Source: Mantamonas sphyraenae STR306 (lineage: Eukaryota; Protista; CRuMs). Taken from it: a stretch of 64,000 bases of DNA. Both the position numbers and the translations under genes were made by a program. Where the stretch lies: the NCBI GenBank assembly GCA_026936335.1, contig JAPMXV010000011.1:124001-188000 (forward strand), written 5' to 3'. Below, in pieces: positions 10,419-21,100 of this stretch (its first letter is position 1; every line of letters starts with the position of its first letter). The notes beneath the pieces were generated by a model. That model was not told the origin of the DNA. It was given only the letters and a program-made list of their open reading frames with translations, and did no database searches.

Positions 10419-13005
10419 TCACTGCTTCTCGATGCTCGTGTGCTCCTCAAGCACCTTGTCCCAGGCGGAGTCCTTCTTGACGCACGGACGTCTGCCATTG
10501 TACAGGTCGCAGCGGAACTTGCTCATCCACTCGCTGACGAGAAGGTTGTGCAGTTCAGACATGTTCGGCTGGCGGGTCGACAAGGTGTTGCCGTGGGCAT
10601 CCTTGTAAACCGTTGCGTCGACAATCTTGCCGTCCTTGAACATCATCATCCTCTGCACCTGAACGTTGGCCGGAAGGGGGTGACCGTTCGACAGGACAAC
10701 CTGGCGCTCGCGGTACCCTTCGTAGGCTGCGCAGAGAGACTTGCACCCATTGCACTCGGGGGAGCCACACTGGTTGGGCAGGCAGCGGGGCAGGCTGCCA
10801 TTGCACGGGCGCACGCAAAGCGGCAGCTTGCTGAGCTTCGTGGAGGACATGAAACGGTTGGGAGAGCAGTCGTTGTAGTTGGACCAGCTCCACGCACGTT
10901 GAACCTCATACGGGACACAGTAAGACGGCTGAGACGTCCTGACCTTGCGCCAATGGCACATAAACTGGCGGTACAGCGCTTGTTGGTAACGCGTGCCAAA
11001 TGTACCCAGGTTGACCTTCTGCTCCGCAGCCTTCTTCTTGTACTCTGCACACACAGTGTCGCAGCCGTTGCAGGCCGCGGTGCCGCAGAACTGGGGCAGA
11101 CAGCGCGGGGCAATGTGGAAGCAGGGCTTGTGGCACGCAGGCATGTCTGCAATCTTGAGCGGATCGAGGTTGCCATGCAGCTTGCACGGAGCGGTGGCAC
11201 GCCAGGCGGCGTTGTTCAGGTTGGCATCGGACACGTCTTCAGACGACTCGTCCTGGGTGCCCTCAAGTTCCTCGAGGGGCTCCTCGGGGACCTCGTTTTC
11301 GTCAAAGGCTTGCTTCTCCTGGTCTTGGTCTTGGTCTTGGTCTTGCTCCTCGGCGGTGCTCTCGTGCTCCTTGTCCTCCTCTTCCTCGTCGTCCGACAGG
11401 TCGGAATCCAGACCAAAGTCGGTGGTGTCTTCCTCCTCGGCGGAATCCTCGTCTGCGAGGTCCTCGGCGTCAAAGAGCGACTTGTTGGAGTCGCACACAC
11501 CCGCGCCAGAAGGAAAAGAAGCCACTTGGCAGCTTGTCGCAGCTAAACCTCATGTCCTTGTACAGGCCTTTCTGACACCACAGGAAGTGGTATCCACGAC
11601 CTGCGTTGGCAAACTCCTCCTTGGTACGGATGCGCTGGTAGACAGGGTGTCCATCAAAGGTGAAAGTGGGCGGAGGAGAAGGCTTTCCAGGGATGTGGAA
11701 GGTTGGGCCGACTTGCACATTTTGGTTTGCGTGCATGCGCACCTCATTATCGCTCTTCTTGTAGAACCAATGCTTGGTGTTGAGACGCTGCTGCTCGGCG
11801 GCGCCACAATAGTCTTCGCAGCCGTCACACTGGGCAGTGCCGCATTTGTCGTACGTGCACTTTGGTTCGACCCCGTTGCAAGGGCGAGCGCAAGGAGGAA
11901 GCGCCTTTTCGACCTTGGCCATGTCGAGCTGGGGAGAGGGCTTGCACTCGTTGTTGGAGGACTGGGCCCAGTGAGCAACAGTGTCACGGGGCATGCAGTA
12001 CGAGAGGGCCAAAGGCTGCTTGCGCCAGTAGCAGTTGGTCTGCATCCAGTGCTGGTGGATCATTCGCTCGTGCAGCACAATGGCACTAACGTTCTCCAAC
12101 TTGCGCAGCTTCTCGTACTTTGCGCACAGCGTGTCGCACCCTTCACAGGCTGCTGTGCCACAGAAGCGGGGCGTGCAACGCGGCATCACACCCCAGCACG
12201 GTTTCTCGCACTTGGGCATCTCCGAGATCTTCTTGGGGTCAATGAGATGATGCACGCGGCAAGCGGCCGTGGCACGGACATTGGGGTTGAGGCTTTCGTC
12301 CCCTTCCTCGTCCTTGAGCTCTTCGGGAAGCTCCGGAAGCTGCTCGCTGTCGCTAACCTCCTCCGGCAGCTCCTCCTCCTCGGCCATGCTGTCCTCAGCC
12401 TGAGAGAGCACGGCAGCGTCCTCTTCCGACAATGTGTCGACACTGAATGTGTGTGTGTGTGGGAGGGTTGATTGTTTGGTGTCAGTGACGGCGATGGAAT
12501 CTTGACTCCACCAGCGTCTGTGGAAGCTGCGTCGTCGGCGCGCCATTGTGCTTGCTGTGGACCGTTGGCGGGTGCATGTACATGCAAAGTCGGAGGGTGG
12601 GACATGTACACACACACTGCTCGCATGTGTGTGGCCCACCAGCCTCTACACACGGCGGGAGGGGGAGCCAAAGTACCAGACGCGAGGCAGGGAAAAAAAC
12701 GACGGAGCCGCGCAATTCGCCTGCGTCACACTGCGTCCTCTAAACGGCCCGTGCGGAGCGTAACAGGCCACACAGGGTATGGAAGCGGTGCGGAGTGCAA
12801 AATACTTTGCATCCAGCCTTCCGATCCAAGAGGCTGCGACGGCGTACTGGTGTGGAGGTGGGATGCGGTGGAGAGGGCGTTTTGGCACCCCGAATCGGAA
12901 CGGACAAACGCCACACGTACTCATCGATAAGTGTGCTTTCGGCGGCGAAAGCCAGCGACGCACACACAGCATCATCATTGCGATGGCAGTCCAGGACAGC
13001 TTCAT
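10419..13005 (-). CDS. Secreted Cys-rich repeat precursor, copy 2 (exon 13005-12921, intron 12920-12443, exon 12442-10419; apparent frameshifts at ~12960 and ~11502)
   Basis: Paralog of copy 1 with the same signal peptide, intron position and Cys motifs. Confidence 0.7.
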
Positions 13006-13274
13006 TGTGTGAGTTCTTCCTGAACGGTATGGATGGGTCGATCGACGCGCGCGAGAAACTTCTGCGTCTTCTTCTTGGGACAAACGGTCCGGACCCACAA
13101 GCTGGGTCTTCCAGCATCCCTGTGTGCGTGTACGAAGTGCACAAGGAGAGGGGGAGAAGCATGTTCGTATAAAGACATGAGATGAGTGTGTGAGCATCTG
13201 GATCATGGCGTGGGGACTCGTGAACGTGCGTGGAACGGCGTCGCAACCAGCCTTTTCTTTCGCGCAGCACTCCG

Positions 13275-14747
13275 ATGTCTTCCTCCGACGTCGAGCTGAG
13301 CTCGATCGACAACAAGACCACACACCACGTGGGAGAAGGACACGACGGAAGTGATGTGGAGCGCGTGGAAGACAAATCCAACACGTGGATCACGCTCTTC
13401 CTGGTCGGGCAGACGGCGCTGCTGGCTGCATTGATGGTCGGCTTCTCCTCCTTCTTCTCTGGAATGCCATGGCCTGACAACGTCGGTGTGAACACCCTGA
13501 TCAACGCTACAGACCTGCTGTTCTCTTGCACGTACGACCTGTGGGTGGCTGCAGTGCTGCTGAAGATGTACGGCTTGCGCATGGGCGCCAAGATGGCAGC
13601 TCCGATTTTGGGACTGCGTCTCTTCATCTGCCTGATGATAGTTGCAGTGCAGGCAGGTGATCCGCCAGCCATGAATCGCGTTGATGCAGCCCTGCTCTTC
13701 AGCGCCAGTTTGCACCTAGTGTTGTTCGGACCGGCCATCTGGCTTGCTACGCGCCCGTTGAAGGACGACCCTGTCGGGCGCTACTCCTTGGCATACACTC
13801 TGGCTGCTCTGTTTCTCGTGTACCAGATCGGAGATGCAACAGTGCAGATTGTGTTTGACCAGAGTGTGGAAGGCATCGACAACCCGTTCCTTGTGACAGC
13901 GCTGCTTGTTGTCCAGCGAGTCGTGTTTTTCTTTCTGGAGTCGTATGTGGGCCAACTGGCTGAGCAGATGATGCCCCATGGAGGAGGAGTGCACGCCTGC
14001 TTCTTGTTGACATCATCCCTGGACGCGATGTCCATCTCTGTGGGACGCGTGGTCGTGGCTACCGTTCGTCTCGTCAACGATGCGCTGCTGATCACCGTGT
14101 TTGGCAGTGTGGTGGAGATCATGGCACGTGGTCTGTTTATGCGCATCAAATTGGCACTGACTCAGCGTGTCCCATGTATCAAGGGTCGTGCAGCTGACGA
14201 GGATGAAGCAGAGGCGGCAGACGACGACAAGGCATATGAAGAACAGATGCTGCAGATGGAGTCGCATCGAGCACGCATCATCTTCCAGATGGACTTTGCA
14301 GCCATCTTTGCCCTCCCGCTGTTGCTCATTGTGTGGCAGCCACAGTGCCCGCAGCTGTCCATTGCGGACAGCTGCGCCTTTTCCGGTGCTTCGGAGGACA
14401 TTCTCATCAACCTGGTCATCCTGCTCGCCGGCAAGCTGCTTGCAGAGATCCCCTCGGTGTACCTGGAACGCAAGGACGGCATCGATATGCTGCAGAGCTA
14501 CGTGACAAACCAGTGGAGTGTCATGCCCGCGCTGACGTTTGCCATGTTCAATGCCATCATGCAAGTACTCGCAATGTCCATGGTGCAGTCTCCTTCGCGA
14601 ATTGCCGAGGAACCCCAGATCCTTGCAGATGGTGCCAACATTGTTGTTTACGTCATCGCAATCATCTTCTTCTATCCGCTCATCCTGTTTTGGCGCTACA
14701 AAGCCCGCAAGGTCGCGGCCAACCTGGGCGAGAAGGACGCACCCTGA
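13275..14747 (+). CDS. Uncharacterised multipass membrane protein (~10-11 hydrophobic segments)
   Basis: Long ORF with many hydrophobic helices and an acidic loop; no family recognised. Confidence 0.75.
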   Translation: MSSSDVELSSIDNKTTHHVGEGHDGSDVERVEDKSNTWITLFLVGQTALLAALMVGFSSFFSGMPWPDNVGVNTLINATDLLFSCTYDLWVAAVLLKMYGLRMGAKMAAPILGLRLFICLMIVAVQAGDPPAMNRVDAALLFSASLHLVLFGPAIWLATRPLKDDPVGRYSLAYTLAALFLVYQIGDATVQIVFDQSVEGIDNPFLVTALLVVQRVVFFFLESYVGQLAEQMMPHGGGVHACFLLTSSLDAMSISVGRVVVATVRLVNDALLITVFGSVVEIMARGLFMRIKLALTQRVPCIKGRAADEDEAEAADDDKAYEEQMLQMESHRARIIFQMDFAAIFALPLLLIVWQPQCPQLSIADSCAFSGASEDILINLVILLAGKLLAEIPSVYLERKDGIDMLQSYVTNQWSVMPALTFAMFNAIMQVLAMSMVQSPSRIAEEPQILADGANIVVYVIAIIFFYPLILFWRYKARKVAANLGEKDAP

Positions 14748-14818
14748 TGCTGGACGAAGCCAAGAAAGCCCGTGTATCCATCAACGCCCTTTGTTCTTTG
14801 TGTTCATCTCCCTGCGGC

Positions 14819-15946
14819 TCACTGGATGCAGCACGGCTTCTTTTTGTCGTCGTCTTTGGCTGCTTGTTCCGATTCGCCGGTGCTGAAGCGTGACGATTGG
14901 CCAATGGTGCGCTGCTGCAACTCTTCGATGACAGGAACCCACTTGGCCGGGATGTAGGTTTGCAGCACTTCGTCCACGTGGCCTTCGGTGATGCGGAACA
15001 CGGGTTCGTCGCTGGTGGCTCCCATCAGCAGTTCGCGATCTTGTTTCCAGTCAAACAGGCACGCGCCTGCCCTGCTGTGGAATGGATTCTGCTCCAAGAT
15101 GAGCACTTTGGCGTTGGGAAGGTCGACAAAGAAGTCCACCACCGTGTTTGTGTGCAGATCGTCTGCAATCGATTCGTAAAAGTCGGAGATCAGGGCCAGC
15201 ACCTTTGCGCGCTGCCGCACAAGCTCCTCGTCGAAGATGATGTCAAAGTACTGTGAAACTGCTGTAAGACGCTTGTTGTACACAAAGCAGCGAAATTCCA
15301 TCTCGGGCGTCTCGACAATTGGCTGCTGCCAGCGGCGAAGCACGACGCTGCTGCGGAAGAGCTCTGGCTTTCCAAATCCCAGTTGCTTTCGAAGGTCGCT
15401 CTGGATGCGTTCGCTTCGAAGAAAGAGGGAAAACATGGAGAGGGCATCGTGGACACGCAGGAGCGTGCTTGTGGCGACGACAAACGCCTTCATGGTTGCG
15501 TTGTCCAGCTGTTGGGTGTCTGGGCACTCTGGGATGGCCTGAAGGTAGCCTTTGACCACGTCCTGTGTCGCTTCGTCGTGCATGTACATCGTGACGTCTT
15601 TGGGTGAACGTGTGTCCAGCTTGGCCATGACGGAGCTGCCCAGCTCTGCAATGGCCTCGTCCACACGTGCCTGAAGCTCCTGCAGGCCGTGGCTGTCCAG
15701 ATACTCCTGATCCACGTCTGCGTTGAGACTGCACGCATCTACGATCAGCCTCCCCTCTTCTGGGGTCAGGTCCAGGAAGATGGTTTCAAAGGTGTGCTCC
15801 TTCAGGGCGTCGTACCATGAGCTGACGCCGTATTCCCGCTGGTAGGCCATGCTTCGATACGCCTCGACATCCGAGTCACGGATGCCCAGGGCAAGCACGT
15901 CCTCCTTCGACAGCCACAGCTCCGATTCAAACTTTGTCGTCGACAT
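14819..15946 (-). CDS. CDC123-like (R2K clade) ATP-grasp protein with C-terminal CaaX-like motif
   Basis: KLDTRSPKD, RSERIQSDL, EFRCFVYNKRLTAVSQY, VDF, ILEQNPF...ACLFDW; ends KKKPCCIQ. Confidence 0.8.
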   Translation of the reverse strand: MSTTKFESELWLSKEDVLALGIRDSDVEAYRSMAYQREYGVSSWYDALKEHTFETIFLDLTPEEGRLIVDACSLNADVDQEYLDSHGLQELQARVDEAIAELGSSVMAKLDTRSPKDVTMYMHDEATQDVVKGYLQAIPECPDTQQLDNATMKAFVVATSTLLRVHDALSMFSLFLRSERIQSDLRKQLGFGKPELFRSSVVLRRWQQPIVETPEMEFRCFVYNKRLTAVSQYFDIIFDEELVRQRAKVLALISDFYESIADDLHTNTVVDFFVDLPNAKVLILEQNPFHSRAGACLFDWKQDRELLMGATSDEPVFRITEGHVDEVLQTYIPAKWVPVIEELQQRTIGQSSRFSTGESEQAAKDDDKKKPCCIQ

Positions 15947-16207
15947 GGTTTTTGGTTGGATTCTCCATTGCATGCTCGGTGCGACACGAATGCTGACACC
16001 ACCAGGGTTGTTGTGTGTGATGTGTTCGCGCTTGGGTTACGGGTGGTCAGCCAGTGGGTCTCTGGTGGCGACAGCGAGTCGATGCACAGCGGGCGCTGAA
16101 GCCGCCAACACAAAGAGGTTCGTCGACTCCACCGCACATCCCCTTGTTTCCCTGTCGGAACCCCACGCTGACTCTGCGCATTGCACGCCGCCTGCACAGC
16201 ACCAACC

Positions 16208-17905
16208 ATGTCTTCGACGGATTTGAAGGCCCGCATCGAGGCTGCAAAGGCCGAGGCTGCGCAGATGAAAGAGCAAATCAAGGCAAACCGCGACAACGCA
16301 AACGACACGAGCCGTACGTGGCAAGAGAGGCGAGGGAGGGGCATAGAACGCAAACCACTGACACACAGCGTGGCCTCACTCGGAATTGGGTGTGTTGTGC
16401 GGACCGCCAATGTGTCACAGTGAAGCGTGCGGCTGCCGACTTGGCGCCTGTGGAGCGTCTGGGCATTCGCCAGCGCCGCTGGCTCAAGGGCCATTTGGCC
16501 AAGATCTACGCGTTGATGTGGGGCAACGAGTCGGAGAACCTGGTGAGCGCAAGCCAGGATGGCAAGCTCATTGTGTGGTAGGTTGTGTGAGCTGTGCTTG
16601 GTCAGGAGACGCGGTTGGGCGGCGTGCGGAAACCACAAGGTGTCGCCGACGTCGGGAGGGCACGAATTGCAGACGCGGCAAAAGGGGTCTCACACACACA
16701 CACACGGCCCACTCTGCCCACACAGGAACGCCATGACCACCAACAAGATTGCTGCCATCCCTCTGCGATCCACCTGGGTGATGACCTGTGCCGTAAGTTG
16801 CCGTGACGAGAGCACAGCACGCGCGCCACAAACGCGTGGTGGTGCGTGGGGGCGTCCCGGAACACGCAACCTGTTTTTGCCCTCACCGCTCACACGCATC
16901 CCATACGGCTCTCTGCCCACCACACACGTTGCACCTCCTCCTCACAGTATTCGCCCAGCCGCGACTTTGTTGCTTGCGGTGGTCTGGACAACATCTGCAC
17001 CAGTACGTGGCACAGCCTTTTCGGCCGGCGTTGCTTTTCCGAGCCGCGTTTTTTCCCTCTCCGGAAATCGTCACGCCGTGTTTGCTCGTCCCACCACCAT
17101 CCCTCGTGTCTCACACCAACACACTCCACCCACAGTCTACACCCTGCGTTCCAGCGACGCCACCCCGCGTGAGAAGCGTCAGCTGGGCTCGCATACGGGC
17201 TACCTTTCGTGCTGCCGCTTCATCACTGACGAGAGTATGTTCCCCTCGCCTCTGCCTCTCCCCGTTGCCGTGTGAACCACGTACGAAATGCTGACCCTGC
17301 TTCTGCTCACAATTGCTTGCCGCTCTCCCCCCATCACACCATCAGGCATCATCACTAGCAGTGGTGACACCATGTGCGCGCTGTGGGACATTGAGGCCGG
17401 CAAGTGGACTCAGCAGTTTGAGGACCACGTCGGCGACGTCATGGCAGTGGCACTCAACCCGACCAGCGAAAAAACCTTTGTGTCGGCCTCGTGCGATGGA
17501 TCCGCTCGCCTGTGGGACATCAACTCGGGCAAGTGCGTGCAGACGTTCAAGACCCACGAGTCGGACATCAACACCGTCGCCTTCCTGCGCAACGGCCTCT
17601 CCTTTGGCACCGGTTCCGACGACGCTTCCTGCCGCCTGTTTGACATCCGTGCCGACCGCGAGCTCAACATGTACCGCTCCGAGGAGCTGCTCGTCGGCAT
17701 TACCTCGGTCGACTTTTCGCTCTCCGGCCGCCTCCTCTTTGCAGGCTACGACGACTTCAACTGCAACATTTGGGACACCCTCACGGGCTCCAAGGTTGCC
17801 ACCCTCTGCGGCCACGAGAACCGTGTCTCTTGCCTGGGCGTCACCACCGATGGTATGGCCCTGTGCACAGGTTCTTGGGACAAGCACATGAAGGTGTGGG
17901 CCTGA
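16208..17905 (+). CDS. GNB: Heterotrimeric G-protein beta subunit (exons 16208-16313, 16421-16577, 16726-16792, 16948-17002, 17136-17234, 17346-17905)
   Basis: [81 protein letters not shown]; five phase-consistent GT-AG introns. Confidence 0.97.
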
Positions 17906-17971
17906 TCACCACGCCTCCCTCCCCACCCACCCACCCAGCCTGATTGTACGACTGCACGGACGCGCGTGCAC

Positions 17972-17972
<1 letters not shown>

Positions 17973-18006
<34 letters not shown>

Positions 18007-18016
18007 CAACACACAC
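17973..18016. repeat. (AC)n microsatellite
   Basis: Direct observation, between the G-beta and cyclase genes. Confidence 0.9.
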
Positions 18017-18112
18017 AACATAGCACTGTATTCGAACACTCCGAAAATGAAAGTCCCTCCACCACCCAATCAAAATTCGCTGCTCCACCGCTGCACACAT
18101 CACGCCGGAACC

Positions 18113-21100
18113 ATGCGTGCCAAACGTCGCAAGTCCAGGATGACTGGAGCTAGCACAAATGTGTTTGCGGTGGCCATGGACCCCTCAGTGGCCCTTGCTG
18201 CAGAGCAGAACAGCCAGAACGACCAGCCTCTCAACAAGGCACTCAATCTGTTTGAGGCCTGGGTGTCCTCGGGTCTGGAAAAGAAGCATTCATTCTCTGC
18301 CTTTCGCTTCCGCTTCAAGGAACAACGGGTCCAGGAACAGTTTGACGCTGCCCAGCGTGTCGATATTGCAAACGCCCTGCGCTTCAACCTCCTGGCCTAC
18401 ATTTGCATCTACATTGTGGCCGTCATTGTGCCTCTTGCCGCAGGTATCACTACCATCATGGTCCTGCTGCCGGTCCTTCCGCACATCGTCCTCCTCGCCT
18501 TTGTCAGCGTGCCCCGCCTCCAACGCTTCATCCCCTCTGTGCGAATCCTCGTCGCCCTAGCGGTCCTCATCCTCGCCCTCATCGCAAACATCTCCGACGC
18601 GGTCATCTACGCACAGTTCCAGGGCGAACTTGTTGTCCGCCGTGCAGAAATTGGTACGTGTCCGCCACCGTCGCCCCAGCCCCCCAAAAACGCTTGCACG
18701 CTTTGTGTCCGAGAATCCCTCCTTCGGCGCTGAACCTTGCCGCTCTTTGCCCGCTCGCCGTTGCGTCGTGCGCCATGCCACTGACTCCATCCCGTTGCCC
18801 TCCATTCTGCGCACAATCTCCTCCCAGGCGTCTCGGTCAACCTGATGGTTCTCTACGTGGTGCTGCTGTTTGAGCCCTGGCAAGCGCTGATCGTGCACAT
18901 TGTGTTTTCCATCGTGCTCGTCTCCATGCTCTCTGGCCTTGCGCCTGCTCAGGCAGGCAACCTCTTTGCCTATGTTTTCATGGCCTCCCTGTTCATGAAC
19001 ATGCTCATGTATGGCGTCTCCTACTTTAGCGCCTGGTACAAGCGCTTCCTGTTTTCTAGCGCCCTTTCTGTGTACAACACCCGCCAGCAGCTGGCCAAGC
19101 AGCAGCGCAAGCTCGAGGCTGCCCTCAGCAACATCCTGCCCGACGGTGTCTTTCAACGTCTGCGCCGCTCCCAGCTCAACGGCGATCCGCAATCCCTTAT
19201 CTACGACCCGTTTGGCGTCTGCTCTGTCGTCCAGCTCGACATTGTGGGCTTCACCACTCTATCGAGCACCAAGAAGCCTGCTGAGCTGGTCAAGTTTCTC
19301 AACTCCCTGTTCTTCAAGTTGGACGACCTCGTCGTCAAGCGGCTGCGCCTGGAAAAGATCAAAACCATCGGCGACGCATACATCTGCGCGACAGGCGTGC
19401 CTGAACCCGTGCCAGACAACGCCCTCGTGGCTGTGTGTGCCGCCCTGCTTATCCTCGACGCTGTGGAAGAGCTCAAGCAAGAGGTGCCGGAAGACTTTGA
19501 CATTCGCGTCGGCGTGGGCACAGGCTCGGGAGTGGCAGGTGTGATTGGACACAGCAAACTGTTTTACGACCTTTGGGGCGAGGCCGTGGACATTGCCGCT
19601 CACATGGAAGAGTCTGGCGTGCCGGGTAGGCTGCAGATCTGTCCGCGCACCGCAAAGCAGCTTCGCATGCAGGAGCAGTTTTACTTTCGTCCCGAGGTCA
19701 TGGCCGATGCCAACGAAGAGGATGACACCTTTTTCGAGCTGACTCCCGTGTACGCCGAAGGCCACGTGCCTGAAGACGAGGAGGAAGAACAAGAACGGGA
19801 GCGCCGCGGCAACGAAATTGTGCTGCGCAAGGGCGTCTCCGGGTACCTGGTGCACGTACAAGAGATTGCCAAACTGTCCATGTACCTGGGTGGTGCTGCG
19901 GTGGAGGAATACGTCGACGAGTATCGGGATATGGAAATCGACAACGAAACCCGCCTTCTGCAAGAAGGCGAGCGCGCAGGTGTCACCTGGGACGACACGC
20001 TGGCCGTCACCTTTGACGATCTGCGTGCCAAGAGCGAGGAGGAGGAGGACGAGGGGATGGAGGACGAGGAGGACGAGGAGAAGGGCGACACAAGCCCAAA
20101 GGAGCAGCAGGCGGATGGAACGGTGGAGGAGCAGCATGCACAACAACAGGGTGACCAACCCAGCGACAACTCGGCCGCCATGGATCGACCCGATGAAGTG
20201 CGTGCCACGTACGATCTGTCTGGTCTGGCAAGCAGCAGCAACGGGACGCCGTTGGCGTCGCCTGGAATGACACCAAAGCACCTCCAGGCGCTGCAGGAGC
20301 AGGAGGAGAGGGAGATGCAGGAGCGACAGCAACAGTTGGAGACCGAGGCGTTGGAGGAGACGGGCACAGCGCAGCAGTTGAATATCCTGCCGACGCTGGC
20401 TCGCAAGAAGAGTGCCATGGATGCGTTGAACGACGCACAGAAGCTGGAGCTGGACAGTTCGTCGACAGACATGGACGAGGTGGTGGAAGAGACGATGCAC
20501 ATTATGGGCGAGCTGTCGCTGGAATCGTGGCGCAAGGTGCACCTTGCCGGGAGCGTGGTCAGCGACGATGAAACGGTGAGCCGAGGCGGAGGCAGTTCGG
20601 TGCGCATGGTGGATGTGGACCGTGTTCTCGTGGCAGATGCAGGCCAAGATTACTTGTTTGCCACAGTGCAGCAACATCCGCTGGTGGTCGACGCCAACAG
20701 CGTGAGCCAGGCCTTCCAAAAGGTTGTGGAAAAGACGCGGCGGCGCGAGTTCCAACAGGATCATGTGTACGGCGCGGAGTGGATGGATGTGCCGAGGCCT
20801 GTCTACATGCGCTACCTGCCTGAGCCCAAGACGCGACTGCCGTCCATTGTGAGCATGTTTCGCATGCGCATGCAGACGCAGTCGCTGATGCCGTACATCC
20901 GAGCCAAGTTTCTGATGATGATGTTGCTGCTGCTGTACTTTGTGCTGCTGGACAGTGTGACGTCGCTGTCTATTGGAGTGCGTCCCGGCTACGAGTGGGT
21001 GCTCACTGTGTTCCTGCTGTTTACGCTGCTGGGCCATCTGCTGCTGTTGCGCCTCACCTTTATCAAGACCAAATGGTTTGTGACGCACTACCCGCTGATT

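Larger units (their letters stand above)
7310..13412. repeat. Direct tandem segmental duplication, units ~7310-10314 and ~10315-13412
   Basis: Near-identical sequence; the junction at ~10313 joins the 5' end of the membrane gene (ctggtcgggcag, cf. 13401-13412) to the 3' end of the OTU gene (gaagcaagactgagat, cf. 7310-7325). Confidence 0.95.

Noticed and set aside
7344-12471. Long plus-strand ORFs (7344-8561, 10110-11546, 10993-12471)
   Set aside because: Antisense to the Cys-rich genes; only 10170-10313 has real coding ancestry
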